Part shown: positions 8,376 through 16,342 of the stretch, one piece after another | Layout: every line of letters starts with the position of its first letter | Numbering within the stretch: position 1 is the first letter of the stretch | IMG/VR virus record: IMGVR_UViG_3300035685_000105 | Coordinates: 1-43,726 of that record | DNA from: a virus | Taxonomy: Duplodnaviria; Caudoviricetes | Length of the DNA stretch: 43,726 nucleotides | Strand: one strand, 5' to 3' | Translations under genes and position numbers: made by a program | Notes under the pieces: generated by a model | What the model was told of the DNA's origin: nothing | What the model saw: the letters and a program-made list of their open reading frames with translations, nothing else | Databases searched by the model: none

Positions 8376-8644
8376 CCCTCCAGTACGTCCGCTCCGTGCC
8401 CCAACTCGCCACCGTCATCGCGCGGCACGCCGGAACGGCTTACGAGGCTATCGGGCGCTGGCCGCACGTCGTATTCCGCCCGGTGGACTTCTACGCCTTC
8501 GACAAGCCCAGGGTCTACCTGCGAATCACCGTCCCCGACGACCCGCGCCTGGTTGACGAAGAAGGCAACGACCTGACTGCGCTCATCGAGGCCGAACTGC
8601 AGCGCATGGCTCACCAGGAAGAAGAACTCGCCTACGCCTACTAG
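8372..8644 (+). CDS. hypothetical early protein
   Basis: GGAGG RBS; translational coupling. Confidence 0.65.
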   Translation: MTLQYVRSVPQLATVIARHAGTAYEAIGRWPHVVFRPVDFYAFDKPRVYLRITVPDDPRLVDEEGNDLTALIEAELQRMAHQEEELAYAY

Positions 8645-8715
8645 TCTATCAAAAACAAAACTTCTTGTGTGGTCCCGGACAAGACCGGGCACGTTACGGC
8701 TAAGACCGGAAAGGA

Positions 8716-9063
8716 ATGAGAGATATGCCAACCCGGCGCATCGCCGTCGCCAAAGACGCCAAGGCCAAAATTCAGACCGCCTGCGATGGCCTGCTCGCCA
8801 CCCTCGCCAGTTGCCAGGCCGAGGCCACCGAGACCATTGAGGCCCACGACATGGTGCAGCGGGCGCTCGACCAGGGCGACCTGCATCGCGCCACTTTACT
8901 CTTGGTGAACGCCTCCATCAAGCAGCGGGCACGCGACGAACACCAGACACGGTTGGTCGCTTATGTGGTGAAAACGCTCGGCGACATCGAGGGCGTTGAC
9001 GAGCAGGTGGACCCAGCCGCCGCAAAACTCATCGAGCAGATCCTCCACGGCCGCGCAGCATAA
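8716..9063 (+). CDS. hypothetical early protein
   Basis: AAGGA RBS; codon usage like its neighbours; followed by a hairpin at 9067-9098. Confidence 0.65.
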   Translation: MRDMPTRRIAVAKDAKAKIQTACDGLLATLASCQAEATETIEAHDMVQRALDQGDLHRATLLLVNASIKQRARDEHQTRLVAYVVKTLGDIEGVDEQVDPAAAKLIEQILHGRAA

Positions 9064-9178
9064 AAAGGGCCTTCCCGGTCTACCAACCAGGAAGGCCCCC
9101 AGGAGACCTTACAGTCCCCCTACGCACTGAAAAGTATAGCAATGACCCGCGACGAAAGCAACCCCTCAATGAAAGTCA

Positions 9179-10045
9179 ATGCCTAGCACCCTGCCCCCGC
9201 GCGGCCACTACCGGGCCGACGTGGCCGTCATCACCGCGCGCGTGCCCGATGGCGCCTTCCGCTGCTGGCACCTGATTGCCGCCCACAACTGGCGCGGCGA
9301 ACCCTGCACGCTGACCGACGCCGAGCAGGGCAGCCTGCTCGGCGTGGACGAACGCACCATCCGCCGCTACCACCAGGCGCTGCGTGACGCTGGACTTCTA
9401 GGGAAGGAAAACTTCCCCTCCGGCGAACGCGGCCTCTGGGCGAAGTGGTTGACGGACGCGGATGTCCACGAATCTTATCCGCATGACGTTGATAACTCTG
9501 TGGATAACTCCGCGCCGCCGGACAATATTGTCCTAAATGGCCGGACAAATTTGTCCATCTCGCGGCCTAACGACGGGGGGAGGGGGGGAGAATATATAAC
9601 CCACCCAACCCAAAAGTCGTTGTCGTTAAGGAAAGGGGGTCTGGGGGAAAACCGGACAGAAGCGTCCGCCCCGGACAACGGTGTCCAGCCGCCTGTGGAA
9701 AACTCGAAGGCGGCGCTGGAACTACTCGCCGTCTTCGCGGCGGCGGGCGTCGTGCGGGGAGCCGAGATTATCGCCCGTGCCCGTGCAGAGAGCATTGGCC
9801 CTGACGACCTGCGCGCCCTGTTCGAGTTCCATTGGATGGACACAGAGGGCGAGGAGGTAAGGGACCGCGCGGCACTCGTGGCGTGGCGACTCCTCAATAC
9901 CCCCTTAGCCCTGACAGATGAGCAGCAGCGACGGCTCGACTTATTTGTGGACTTCTGTGGCCGGTGGCCCTCTGAGCCTGCCGGAACAGCCCTGCACAAC
10001 CCGAAAGGAGCACCCGATGCCGAGACTCGTACCAGCCGCGTTTAA
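9179..10045 (+). CDS. phage replication initiator (N-terminal winged HTH)
   Basis: HTH LTDAEQGSLLGVDERTIRRYHQALRDAGLL; central low-complexity linker carrying iterons, as in lambda O-like initiators. Confidence 0.75.
   Translation: MPSTLPPRGHYRADVAVITARVPDGAFRCWHLIAAHNWRGEPCTLTDAEQGSLLGVDERTIRRYHQALRDAGLLGKENFPSGERGLWAKWLTDADVHESYPHDVDNSVDNSAPPDNIVLNGRTNLSISRPNDGGRGGEYITHPTQKSLSLRKGGLGENRTEASAPDNGVQPPVENSKAALELLAVFAAAGVVRGAEIIARARAESIGPDDLRALFEFHWMDTEGEEVRDRAALVAWRLLNTPLALTDEQQRRLDLFVDFCGRWPSEPAGTALHNPKGAPDAETRTSRV
9475..9702. other. probable replication origin inside the initiator gene
   Basis: GGACA-N4-(T/C)GTCC dyads at 9520, 9543, 9654 and 9673; DnaA boxes TGTGGATAA (9499-9507, perfect), TTATCCGCA (9475) and TGTGGAAAA (9694). 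Confidence 0.75.
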
Positions 10046-10784
10046 AGATATTCGCCTCGATGCCGTCGAGCACCGTTATTTCCTCGGCGATACCGAACTC
10101 ACCGGCGTCTCCCGCCTCGTTGCGCGCGTGAAGGAACCTTACGACGCTCCCGCCCACGCCGCGCGATTGGCACCGAGTCGCGGCATGGCCCCAAAAGAGC
10201 TACTCGCCGAGTGGGAGCATGGGCGTAACGAAAGCGCCTGGCGCGGCAAGGAGGTACACGATTACGTCGCCATGCGGCTACAGGGCGCGCCCCGACCAAT
10301 ATTACGCAACCTGCCGGAGATGGACGCCTTCGAGGACTGGTGGCAGGCCAACCGCGATGACCTGATTGTTCTCGCCGTTGAGATGATTGTCGGTGACGCG
10401 GAGCTTGGTGTCGCGGGCACGCTGGACCTCCTCGTCTATTCCAAGCGCACCCAGGCCGTGCATGTGGTGGACTTCAAAACCAACAAGCGGTTCGATACCG
10501 AGACCCGCTACAGTGAAGCCATGCTACGGCCCTTCTCCGACCTCGATGCTTGCCACCTCGTCGAGTACAGCCTGCAAGTCAACACCTACCGTTTCATCCT
10601 GGAGCGGGCACTCGCTGCCGCCCGCCTGGGCTTGCCGGACACCGTGCCTGAGCATCACCGCCACACTACGCTCGGCGACTGCCTGCTGGTCCACCTGAGC
10701 CGCGCCGGGGCGTACCGCGAGCACGTCGCGCTCGACCTCATGCCCCGCATCCCGGCCTGGCTCGAATTCGAGGTGCCACGATGA
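10017..10784 (+). CDS. PD-(D/E)XK nuclease (Cas4/RecB-like exonuclease)
   Basis: HRY..LTGVS, GKEVH, E, GTLDLL, VVDFKT, YSLQVNTY; AAGGAG RBS before ATG 10017. Confidence 0.85.
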   Translation: MPRLVPAAFKDIRLDAVEHRYFLGDTELTGVSRLVARVKEPYDAPAHAARLAPSRGMAPKELLAEWEHGRNESAWRGKEVHDYVAMRLQGAPRPILRNLPEMDAFEDWWQANRDDLIVLAVEMIVGDAELGVAGTLDLLVYSKRTQAVHVVDFKTNKRFDTETRYSEAMLRPFSDLDACHLVEYSLQVNTYRFILERALAAARLGLPDTVPEHHRHTTLGDCLLVHLSRAGAYREHVALDLMPRIPAWLEFEVPR

Positions 10785-11200
10785 GCAGCAGGGTCCAGTG
10801 GCTCAAGCACGACATCCTCGATGAACTGATAGAAGCGTTCATCGCCGCGACCGGGAAGATGCCCCGCGAGACGACAGTGCTGGAACTCCAACTCTGGTCG
10901 GCCACCCGCGCCATTGAGGAAGCAGGCTCGCTGCGGCCCGACGTGGCGAACCGCCTCACCGTCTGGGCAGTGCTGTTCGTGCTCCGGGAGGAGTTGGGGG
11001 CAGAGGTTGATTTCCGCACCGTCGCGGGCTGGGCGGACGAGGCGCGCCTGGCCGTCGCGGAATGGGCCTTCCTACGCCTCCAGCAACCCGACCTGGTGCA
11101 ACCGCCACCGATGCCGAGGGCGCTGCGGGAGGCCATTGATGCGCTGACGCCTGAGCCACCAAGCGCGGAGATGGAGATGGCCGCATTGGGGGCGTCGTGA
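10781..11200 (+). CDS. hypothetical protein
   Basis: ATGA coupling; GAGG RBS. Confidence 0.65.
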   Translation: MSSRVQWLKHDILDELIEAFIAATGKMPRETTVLELQLWSATRAIEEAGSLRPDVANRLTVWAVLFVLREELGAEVDFRTVAGWADEARLAVAEWAFLRLQQPDLVQPPPMPRALREAIDALTPEPPSAEMEMAALGAS

Positions 11201-11880
11201 GTACCGGCACCCGCTTTCCTGCGGCGCTGGCCTACGAAGCTGCCCGGTCCTTCATCGCCGAGGTGTTTCCCCATGCGGAGCAACTCATGCTGGTGGGCAG
11301 CCTGCGCCGCGTACGCTCCGCTAACCGCGACGAGCGCGGCGACGCCAAAGCCTTCCTCCCGGAGGATACCGTCGGCGACATCGAAATAGTCGCTGAAGCG
11401 CGCTACGTGGCGGTGCCGCATCCGAAGTACCCCATGCTTGAAAAGGTGCTCCAGAACCTCATCTGGAAGCGCCTCGACGAGCTGGTGAATGACCAGGCGA
11501 GCGGCTACCAGATGTGGACGCTGCACCGCGCCTGGGGCGACAAGCTGCGGAAGGTGGCGGTGCCGCTCCCGGACGGCGGCCACATCAAATGTGAGGTCCA
11601 CTGCGTCCCCGCCGGGTGCTACGGCTACGCAGTTGCGCGTTGCACGGGCGACGCGGGCTGGAACCATCTGATGGTCACATCTCGGCGGCAGGGCGGGCTG
11701 CGCCCGGAGCATGTGCGCCTCGAAGACGGGCTGGTCTATGTTCGTGATGTGCTGACGCCTGTCCTCACGGAGCCAGCCTTCTTCTCCACGATGGAGATGC
11801 CCTGGACTCCACCTCACAAACGCACCCGCGAGGCTGCCGAGCGCCTGCACCGCGAACTCAAACTGAAGGTGATGGCATGA
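11197..11880 (+). CDS. polX: minimal family X DNA polymerase-like nucleotidyltransferase
   Basis: VGSLRR, VGDIEIV, TGDAGWN and thumb TEPAFFSTMEMPWTPPHKR; no lyase/fingers or PHP domain. Confidence 0.8.
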   Translation: MSTGTRFPAALAYEAARSFIAEVFPHAEQLMLVGSLRRVRSANRDERGDAKAFLPEDTVGDIEIVAEARYVAVPHPKYPMLEKVLQNLIWKRLDELVNDQASGYQMWTLHRAWGDKLRKVAVPLPDGGHIKCEVHCVPAGCYGYAVARCTGDAGWNHLMVTSRRQGGLRPEHVRLEDGLVYVRDVLTPVLTEPAFFSTMEMPWTPPHKRTREAAERLHRELKLKVMA

Positions 11881-12230
11881 CACTACTCCCGGAGGGTATG
11901 GCCCTGGTGCTGCTCAACGACCGCGCCCGCTTCGACTGGATTGGCAAGGTGGAGCGCGCCTACTACTCCGTCACCCGGCCCGAAGACCCGGTGCGCGCGC
12001 TGCTGGTGGACCACCGTGACTATGGCATGGGACGGCGCATCGAGGCCGTCGTGCGTGCCCGGACAAACACGGCAGTCGCCCCGCGCGGCCTTGTGCCTGC
12101 CGCCGATGTAGACCAACCCTGCCTCTTCATCCACGTTTACGAGGTGATTGGCTCCGTCGCCGAGGCCAACACCACCCTCACGGCGCTCCTGGAGCAGGCT
12201 CCCCGGCGCGCCCCCCAGGAGGTTCCCTGA
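11877..12230 (+). CDS. hypothetical protein
   Basis: ATGA coupling within the early operon. Confidence 0.6.
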   Translation: MTLLPEGMALVLLNDRARFDWIGKVERAYYSVTRPEDPVRALLVDHRDYGMGRRIEAVVRARTNTAVAPRGLVPAADVDQPCLFIHVYEVIGSVAEANTTLTALLEQAPRRAPQEVP

Positions 12231-12544
12231 TGCCCGCCTTACAGCCCACCCACGTCGCGCTCGCGGTGTTGCTGCCACTGCTCGCGGCCCTCGTCGCCTG
12301 GCTGCTGCGCGTCAACCGCGCACTGCCGGAGGTCGTTATCTCCCCGGAGGCTCGCCTCGATACAGAGTACCTGGGCGGCACCCACTACCGGCTGCGCTTC
12401 CTGGATGACCCGGAGTTGGCCGTCCGCCAACCCTTCCGCCTCCACGAGAAGACGCCGCGCCTCATCGTCACGCGGAAGGAACGGCGTGGCCGTGTGATGG
12501 TCTACGACGCTCGCCTGTTCTCGCCCGGCCAGAGGCACCAATGA
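12230..12544 (+). CDS. small protein with an N-terminal TM helix
   Basis: GGAGG RBS; hydrophobic VALAVLLPLLAALVAWLL. Confidence 0.6.
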   Translation: MPALQPTHVALAVLLPLLAALVAWLLRVNRALPEVVISPEARLDTEYLGGTHYRLRFLDDPELAVRQPFRLHEKTPRLIVTRKERRGRVMVYDARLFSPGQRHQ

Positions 12545-13260
12545 GCGCGCTGCCCTGGCGGGCGCTCCTCGCCCGACTTCCCCTCCCGATGCTGGCCCTC
12601 GCCGCCTCCTACGGTGTCTACCACTTTGCCGCCCTGTTCGTGCCGACGTGGGTGGCCGTCGTGCAGGCTGCTGCATTTGAGGTGACTTACATCGGACTTG
12701 CACTTTTGGACGTGCTCGACAAAGCGCAGCGCCGTCGGGCAGTGTCCATATCGGTTGGCGCGGTGTTGGTGAGCGTCATCTACAACAGCCTCGCCGGGTT
12801 CTTCCACCGCAATCCCCAGGTGTTGCAGCAGTTGTCGTTGTGGCAGGAGGGCGTGCTCGCGGTGTTGCACGGCGCGCCGCTCGCGATTGTTGCTTACCTT
12901 GTTGCAGACCTGTTGCTGCACTCCCGGCCTGCAACTGGAGCGGCCAGTGCAACGCCCCCTCCAAGCAGACCCGCCGTGCAAGTTGCGCGTCCGACACCGC
13001 CTGTGCAAGTTGCACCGCCGCCAGCCGCGCCACCCAGAGCGTTGCCTGCAACCGTTGCACAGCCGGTGCAACCTGCACAACTGGACGAGACGACAACAAT
13101 GGTTGTCATCCAGTACAACCAACTCCGCAACTTTGGAAGCGTGGGGCAACTCCATAACCGAAGTAGAGAGTGGGCACGAAAGTTGTACAAGCAAGCAAAA
13201 GAGGTTGCGCCCGAATGGGTTGCACAAATAGAAAGCGAGGCCACGCATGGCACTACTTGA
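12541..13260 (+). CDS. multi-TM membrane protein with Pro-rich linker and C-terminal HTH (DUF2637/Spd-like architecture)
   Basis: About four TM segments in the first ~125 aa; Pro-rich linker; C-terminal NFGSVGQLHNRSREWARKLYKQA is HTH-like. Confidence 0.7.
   Translation: MSALPWRALLARLPLPMLALAASYGVYHFAALFVPTWVAVVQAAAFEVTYIGLALLDVLDKAQRRRAVSISVGAVLVSVIYNSLAGFFHRNPQVLQQLSLWQEGVLAVLHGAPLAIVAYLVADLLLHSRPATGAASATPPPSRPAVQVARPTPPVQVAPPPAAPPRALPATVAQPVQPAQLDETTTMVVIQYNQLRNFGSVGQLHNRSREWARKLYKQAKEVAPEWVAQIESEATHGTT
12822..13223. repeat. intragenic array of GTTGC/GCAAC motifs (17 copies)
   Basis: GTTGC at 12822, 12864, 12889, 12901, 12912, 12982, 13009, 13041, 13054, 13204, 13219; GCAAC at 12931, 12949, 13048, 13068, 13127, 13146. 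Confidence 0.8.
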
Positions 13261-13627
13261 GGCCCGTTTGCTCGCCACGCCGGAGGAGGCGGACTTCTTC
13301 GGCGTGCTGGGCCTGCCCTACCTCGAGCCGCATGAGCGCAGTGTTGAGACGATGGAGCGGCTGTGGACGACCATCGCAAGGTGCGGCGTCTGCGGCAAGG
13401 AGTTGAACCGCGCCGAGCATGTGCCGGAGAGCGAGCGCACGATGGTCACGCTGGCCGCGCCGTTCGTGGCGCTCTGCGATGTGCCCGCGCATAACACGTT
13501 TTCTGACCTGAATTGGAAGGTTCGGCTAGAGTGGGTGGACGAGCAGGCTAGCGAGCAGCCTGACCTACAGGCCGTCGAGGAGATGGGCCTGGAGGCCAAG
13601 CGGCGCTGGGCTGAAGACCACGCCTAA
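13247..13627 (+). CDS. protein with an N-terminal PolX thumb remnant fused to a Zn-finger-like region
   Basis: TPEEADFFGVLGLPYLEPHER is a PolX C-terminal motif; then CGVC...CDVPAH. Confidence 0.6.
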   Translation: MALLEARLLATPEEADFFGVLGLPYLEPHERSVETMERLWTTIARCGVCGKELNRAEHVPESERTMVTLAAPFVALCDVPAHNTFSDLNWKVRLEWVDEQASEQPDLQAVEEMGLEAKRRWAEDHA

Positions 13628-13691
13628 GGCCCGGAGACGATAGGCGAGACGCATTCGTGCTCGTCAAGACCCCATAATGCAGAGGCTCAAT

Positions 13692-14432
13692 TCATCGAGT
13701 TTTAGTGGCTCGATTGGCACCCTTTAGGGAGGCGGCCTCTCGCAACTGGTCAGGGGTCACTTGAGCCCTTCTAAGATCACTCTCCTGAAGGTTAACGCCT
13801 TTTAGCGTGGCTCGCGCAAGGTTGGCACTCCGCAAATCGGCACCTTGCAGGTCAGCGCCCCGCAAATTCGCGTCTTGCAGATCCGCTCCCTGCAACTCCG
13901 CTTCCTTGAGATTGGCACCGTTAAGATCCAAAATCGGCTTATCCCCGCGTAGCAGACCCAGTTCGTGCACGAAGCGAAGTAATTGCCCACGGCGCTTACC
14001 GTCAAGGCGGTCTAATGCCACCAACGTCTGCCCGCGGGCGACGGTACGTGCTTCGCTCCCGTGCGGCGTTTCGCGCAGCTTGTGATCCAATAGCAACCGG
14101 GACAAATCGTCCATGAACTCGTTCAAGATGCTGTCGAGTGAGGTGCTCAGGGCAGACGCGCGTTCGGCTGCACGCGTGGTCTCGTTAATCCTGGTCACCC
14201 CATAGGCTATGACGAGCGGGACAACGAGTAGGTTTAGCCAATCCCAGAGGGTCTTTGGGTTTCCAATAATTTGCTGAGTCTCAGGGTTCCTTAGCCAGCT
14301 GAAACCTGTCCACGGTGCCCAGTTTCCCCTAAACGCCTGGAGCAGGCCAAAGATGAAGATGGCCCAAATGAGGAATACGGCGACTATCCCCCAGAGGAGT
14401 GGGCCAAGATACGGTGCCAATTTTGCGTACAT
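13692..14432 (-). CDS. membrane-anchored pentapeptide-repeat protein (moron)
   Basis: Two TM segments, KTLWDWL motif, A(D/N)LxG repeats; AGGAGG RBS; antisense to the operon; lower GC. Confidence 0.85.
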   Translation of the reverse strand: MYAKLAPYLGPLLWGIVAVFLIWAIFIFGLLQAFRGNWAPWTGFSWLRNPETQQIIGNPKTLWDWLNLLVVPLVIAYGVTRINETTRAAERASALSTSLDSILNEFMDDLSRLLLDHKLRETPHGSEARTVARGQTLVALDRLDGKRRGQLLRFVHELGLLRGDKPILDLNGANLKEAELQGADLQDANLRGADLQGADLRSANLARATLKGVNLQESDLRRAQVTPDQLREAASLKGANRATKTR

Positions 14433-14537
14433 GTTATTCCTCCTAATCAGTGCAATCGCTTAATAGGTCCAGTGTTTATTATAAAGCGGCGCAATTCATA
14501 TGGGAATACCCCTACCCGCCGCCACCCCGCCAGCCCG

Positions 14538-14566
14538 GAGACCATCCCGCCGTGTATAATGGTCTC
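14538..14566 (+). promoter_or_regulatory. -10 element with an overlapping inverted-repeat operator upstream of the ATPase
   Basis: GAGACCAT-N13-ATGGTCTC overlapping TGTATAAT. Confidence 0.5.
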
Positions 14567-14589
14567 ACCTGAACGTTCTGGAGGTTGCC

Positions 14590-16323
14590 ATGCCTGAGCT
14601 TCGTATCGCCGCCGACCTGACGCTGCCCGACTCTGCCGCCACGCAGACCTTTGCCGTCATCGCGCAACGCGGGGTGGGCAAGACCTACACCGCCAAAGTG
14701 GTCGCCGAGGAGATGCTGAAGGTAGGCAGCCACGTCGCCGTGATAGACCCCCTCGACGTGTGGTGGGGTCTGCGCTCCTCAGATGACGGTGAGCACGCGG
14801 GGCTGCCCATCGTCGTCTTCGGTGGCGCGCACGGCGACCTCCCCCTCCACGCCGAGAACGCGGCCACCATTGCCGATATGGTCGTCGAGCAGCACCTCTC
14901 GGCGGTGCTCTCCATCGGCCATCTGCGAAAGAAGGAGCAGCGCCAGTTCGTCGGCACCTTCTGCGAGCGCCTCTACCACCGCAAGGGCGAACCCGCGCTG
15001 CGCTACCCCACCCACGTCTTCATTGACGAGGCCGATATCTTCATCCCGCAGAAGCTGGCGGCGGGCGCGGAGACGAGCCGCGAGGCGGTAGATGACATGG
15101 TGCGCCGGGGCAGGGTGCGCGGGCTGGGCGTCACGCTCATCACCCAGCGCATGGCCGTCGTAGACAAGGACGTATTGACCCAAGCCTCAGTGCTCGTCGT
15201 GCTGCGCGTGGTCGCCTCCCAGGACCGTGCCGCCGTCGAGGACTGGATCAAGGCCAACGCCGAGCTGGAGGACCGGCAGGCGTTCGTGGAATCGCTCTCC
15301 GGGCTGCCGGTGGGCACCGCCTGGATATGGTCGCCGGGCTGGCTCGACCTCTTCAAAAAGGTGAAGATCCGCCGCCTGGAAACCTTCGACTCCTCAGCCA
15401 CGCCAAAGGTCGGAGAGACACCCCTCCAGCCCACAGCGCTCGCCGATGTGGACCTGGAGCGGTTGCGCGCCTTGCTCTCGGAAACCATCCAGAAGGCCGA
15501 GCAGGAAGACCCCCGCGCCCTACGTCGCCGCATCGAGGAGTTGGAGGCGCAACTGGCGAAGGGTGCCCGCGTGGATGTGCGCGAGGTGGAGAAGGTAATT
15601 GAGGTGCGCGTGCCTGTGTTCCAGGCGGAAGATTTGCAGGCGTTCCGGGATGGCATCCAGGAGGTGTTGAAGGTGGCCGCACGGCTGACCGAGGTAGGCG
15701 AGACCTTCGAGGAGAACGTTCAGGCAGCGATTCAGGCCGTTGAGCAGCCGCCCAAGAGTGGGACTCCTCCCCCGCCATCCGCCCCTCCGTCGTCAGTGGT
15801 CGGTCGTCAGTCGTCGGTCGTCAGTCGTCGGTCGTCAGTCGTTGAGGCGCAGGAGCAAACCGCTCTCACCGATGGCGCGCAGGGCCTCCTGAACGTGCTC
15901 GTCGACCGGCACCCGTTGGCGCTTACCCACAACCAGTGGGCGGGGTTGGCGGAGCGGGGCAACAAGTCGAGCAGCCTATACACCCACAAGCGCGAGCTAC
16001 AGCAGGCGGGGCTGGTCGAGGCGCGGAACGGTCTGTACGCACTCACGAGGCAGGCACAGAACCTTTACCAGCATCGCCTCGCCACGAACCGTAACGAGCC
16101 TCTGGTGGAAGTATGGCGGCGCGTGCTCGATGGTGGACCGCGTAAGATGTTCGATGTCCTGGTGGCCGTCAGTGGTGCCTGGGTTGAGCGCGACGAGCTA
16201 GCGCGGAAGAGCGGCTTCAGCCCCACCTCCAGCAGCGTGGGCGTCCACCTGAAGGTACTGCGCGACAATGACCTTGCCGAGACCCAAGGGAAGCGTGTGC
16301 GCCTCAAGCCCGGTATCCTCTAG
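14590..16323 (+). CDS. HerA/FtsK-superfamily ATPase (DUF87-like) with C-terminal winged-helix domains
   Basis: Walker A AQRGVGKT, VIDP, Walker B FIDEAD, Arg finger RRGRVRG, ITQR; two wHTH-like C-terminal segments; GGAGG RBS. Confidence 0.85.
   Translation: MPELRIAADLTLPDSAATQTFAVIAQRGVGKTYTAKVVAEEMLKVGSHVAVIDPLDVWWGLRSSDDGEHAGLPIVVFGGAHGDLPLHAENAATIADMVVEQHLSAVLSIGHLRKKEQRQFVGTFCERLYHRKGEPALRYPTHVFIDEADIFIPQKLAAGAETSREAVDDMVRRGRVRGLGVTLITQRMAVVDKDVLTQASVLVVLRVVASQDRAAVEDWIKANAELEDRQAFVESLSGLPVGTAWIWSPGWLDLFKKVKIRRLETFDSSATPKVGETPLQPTALADVDLERLRALLSETIQKAEQEDPRALRRRIEELEAQLAKGARVDVREVEKVIEVRVPVFQAEDLQAFRDGIQEVLKVAARLTEVGETFEENVQAAIQAVEQPPKSGTPPPPSAPPSSVVGRQSSVVSRRSSVVEAQEQTALTDGAQGLLNVLVDRHPLALTHNQWAGLAERGNKSSSLYTHKRELQQAGLVEARNGLYALTRQAQNLYQHRLATNRNEPLVEVWRRVLDGGPRKMFDVLVAVSGAWVERDELARKSGFSPTSSSVGVHLKVLRDNDLAETQGKRVRLKPGIL
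15789..15842 (+). repeat. heptamer tandem repeat (GTCGTCA/GTCGTCG) in the ATPase linker
   Basis: Seven full units plus a partial one, encoding SSVVGRQSSVVSRRSSVV. Confidence 0.85.
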
Positions 16324-16342
16324 CCACACCCTGTCACGTTGC

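Noticed and set aside
13485-13510. dif-like sequence GCGCATAACACGTTTTCTGAC
   Set aside because: Only the left arm resembles dif; it lies within a CDS and has no matching partner
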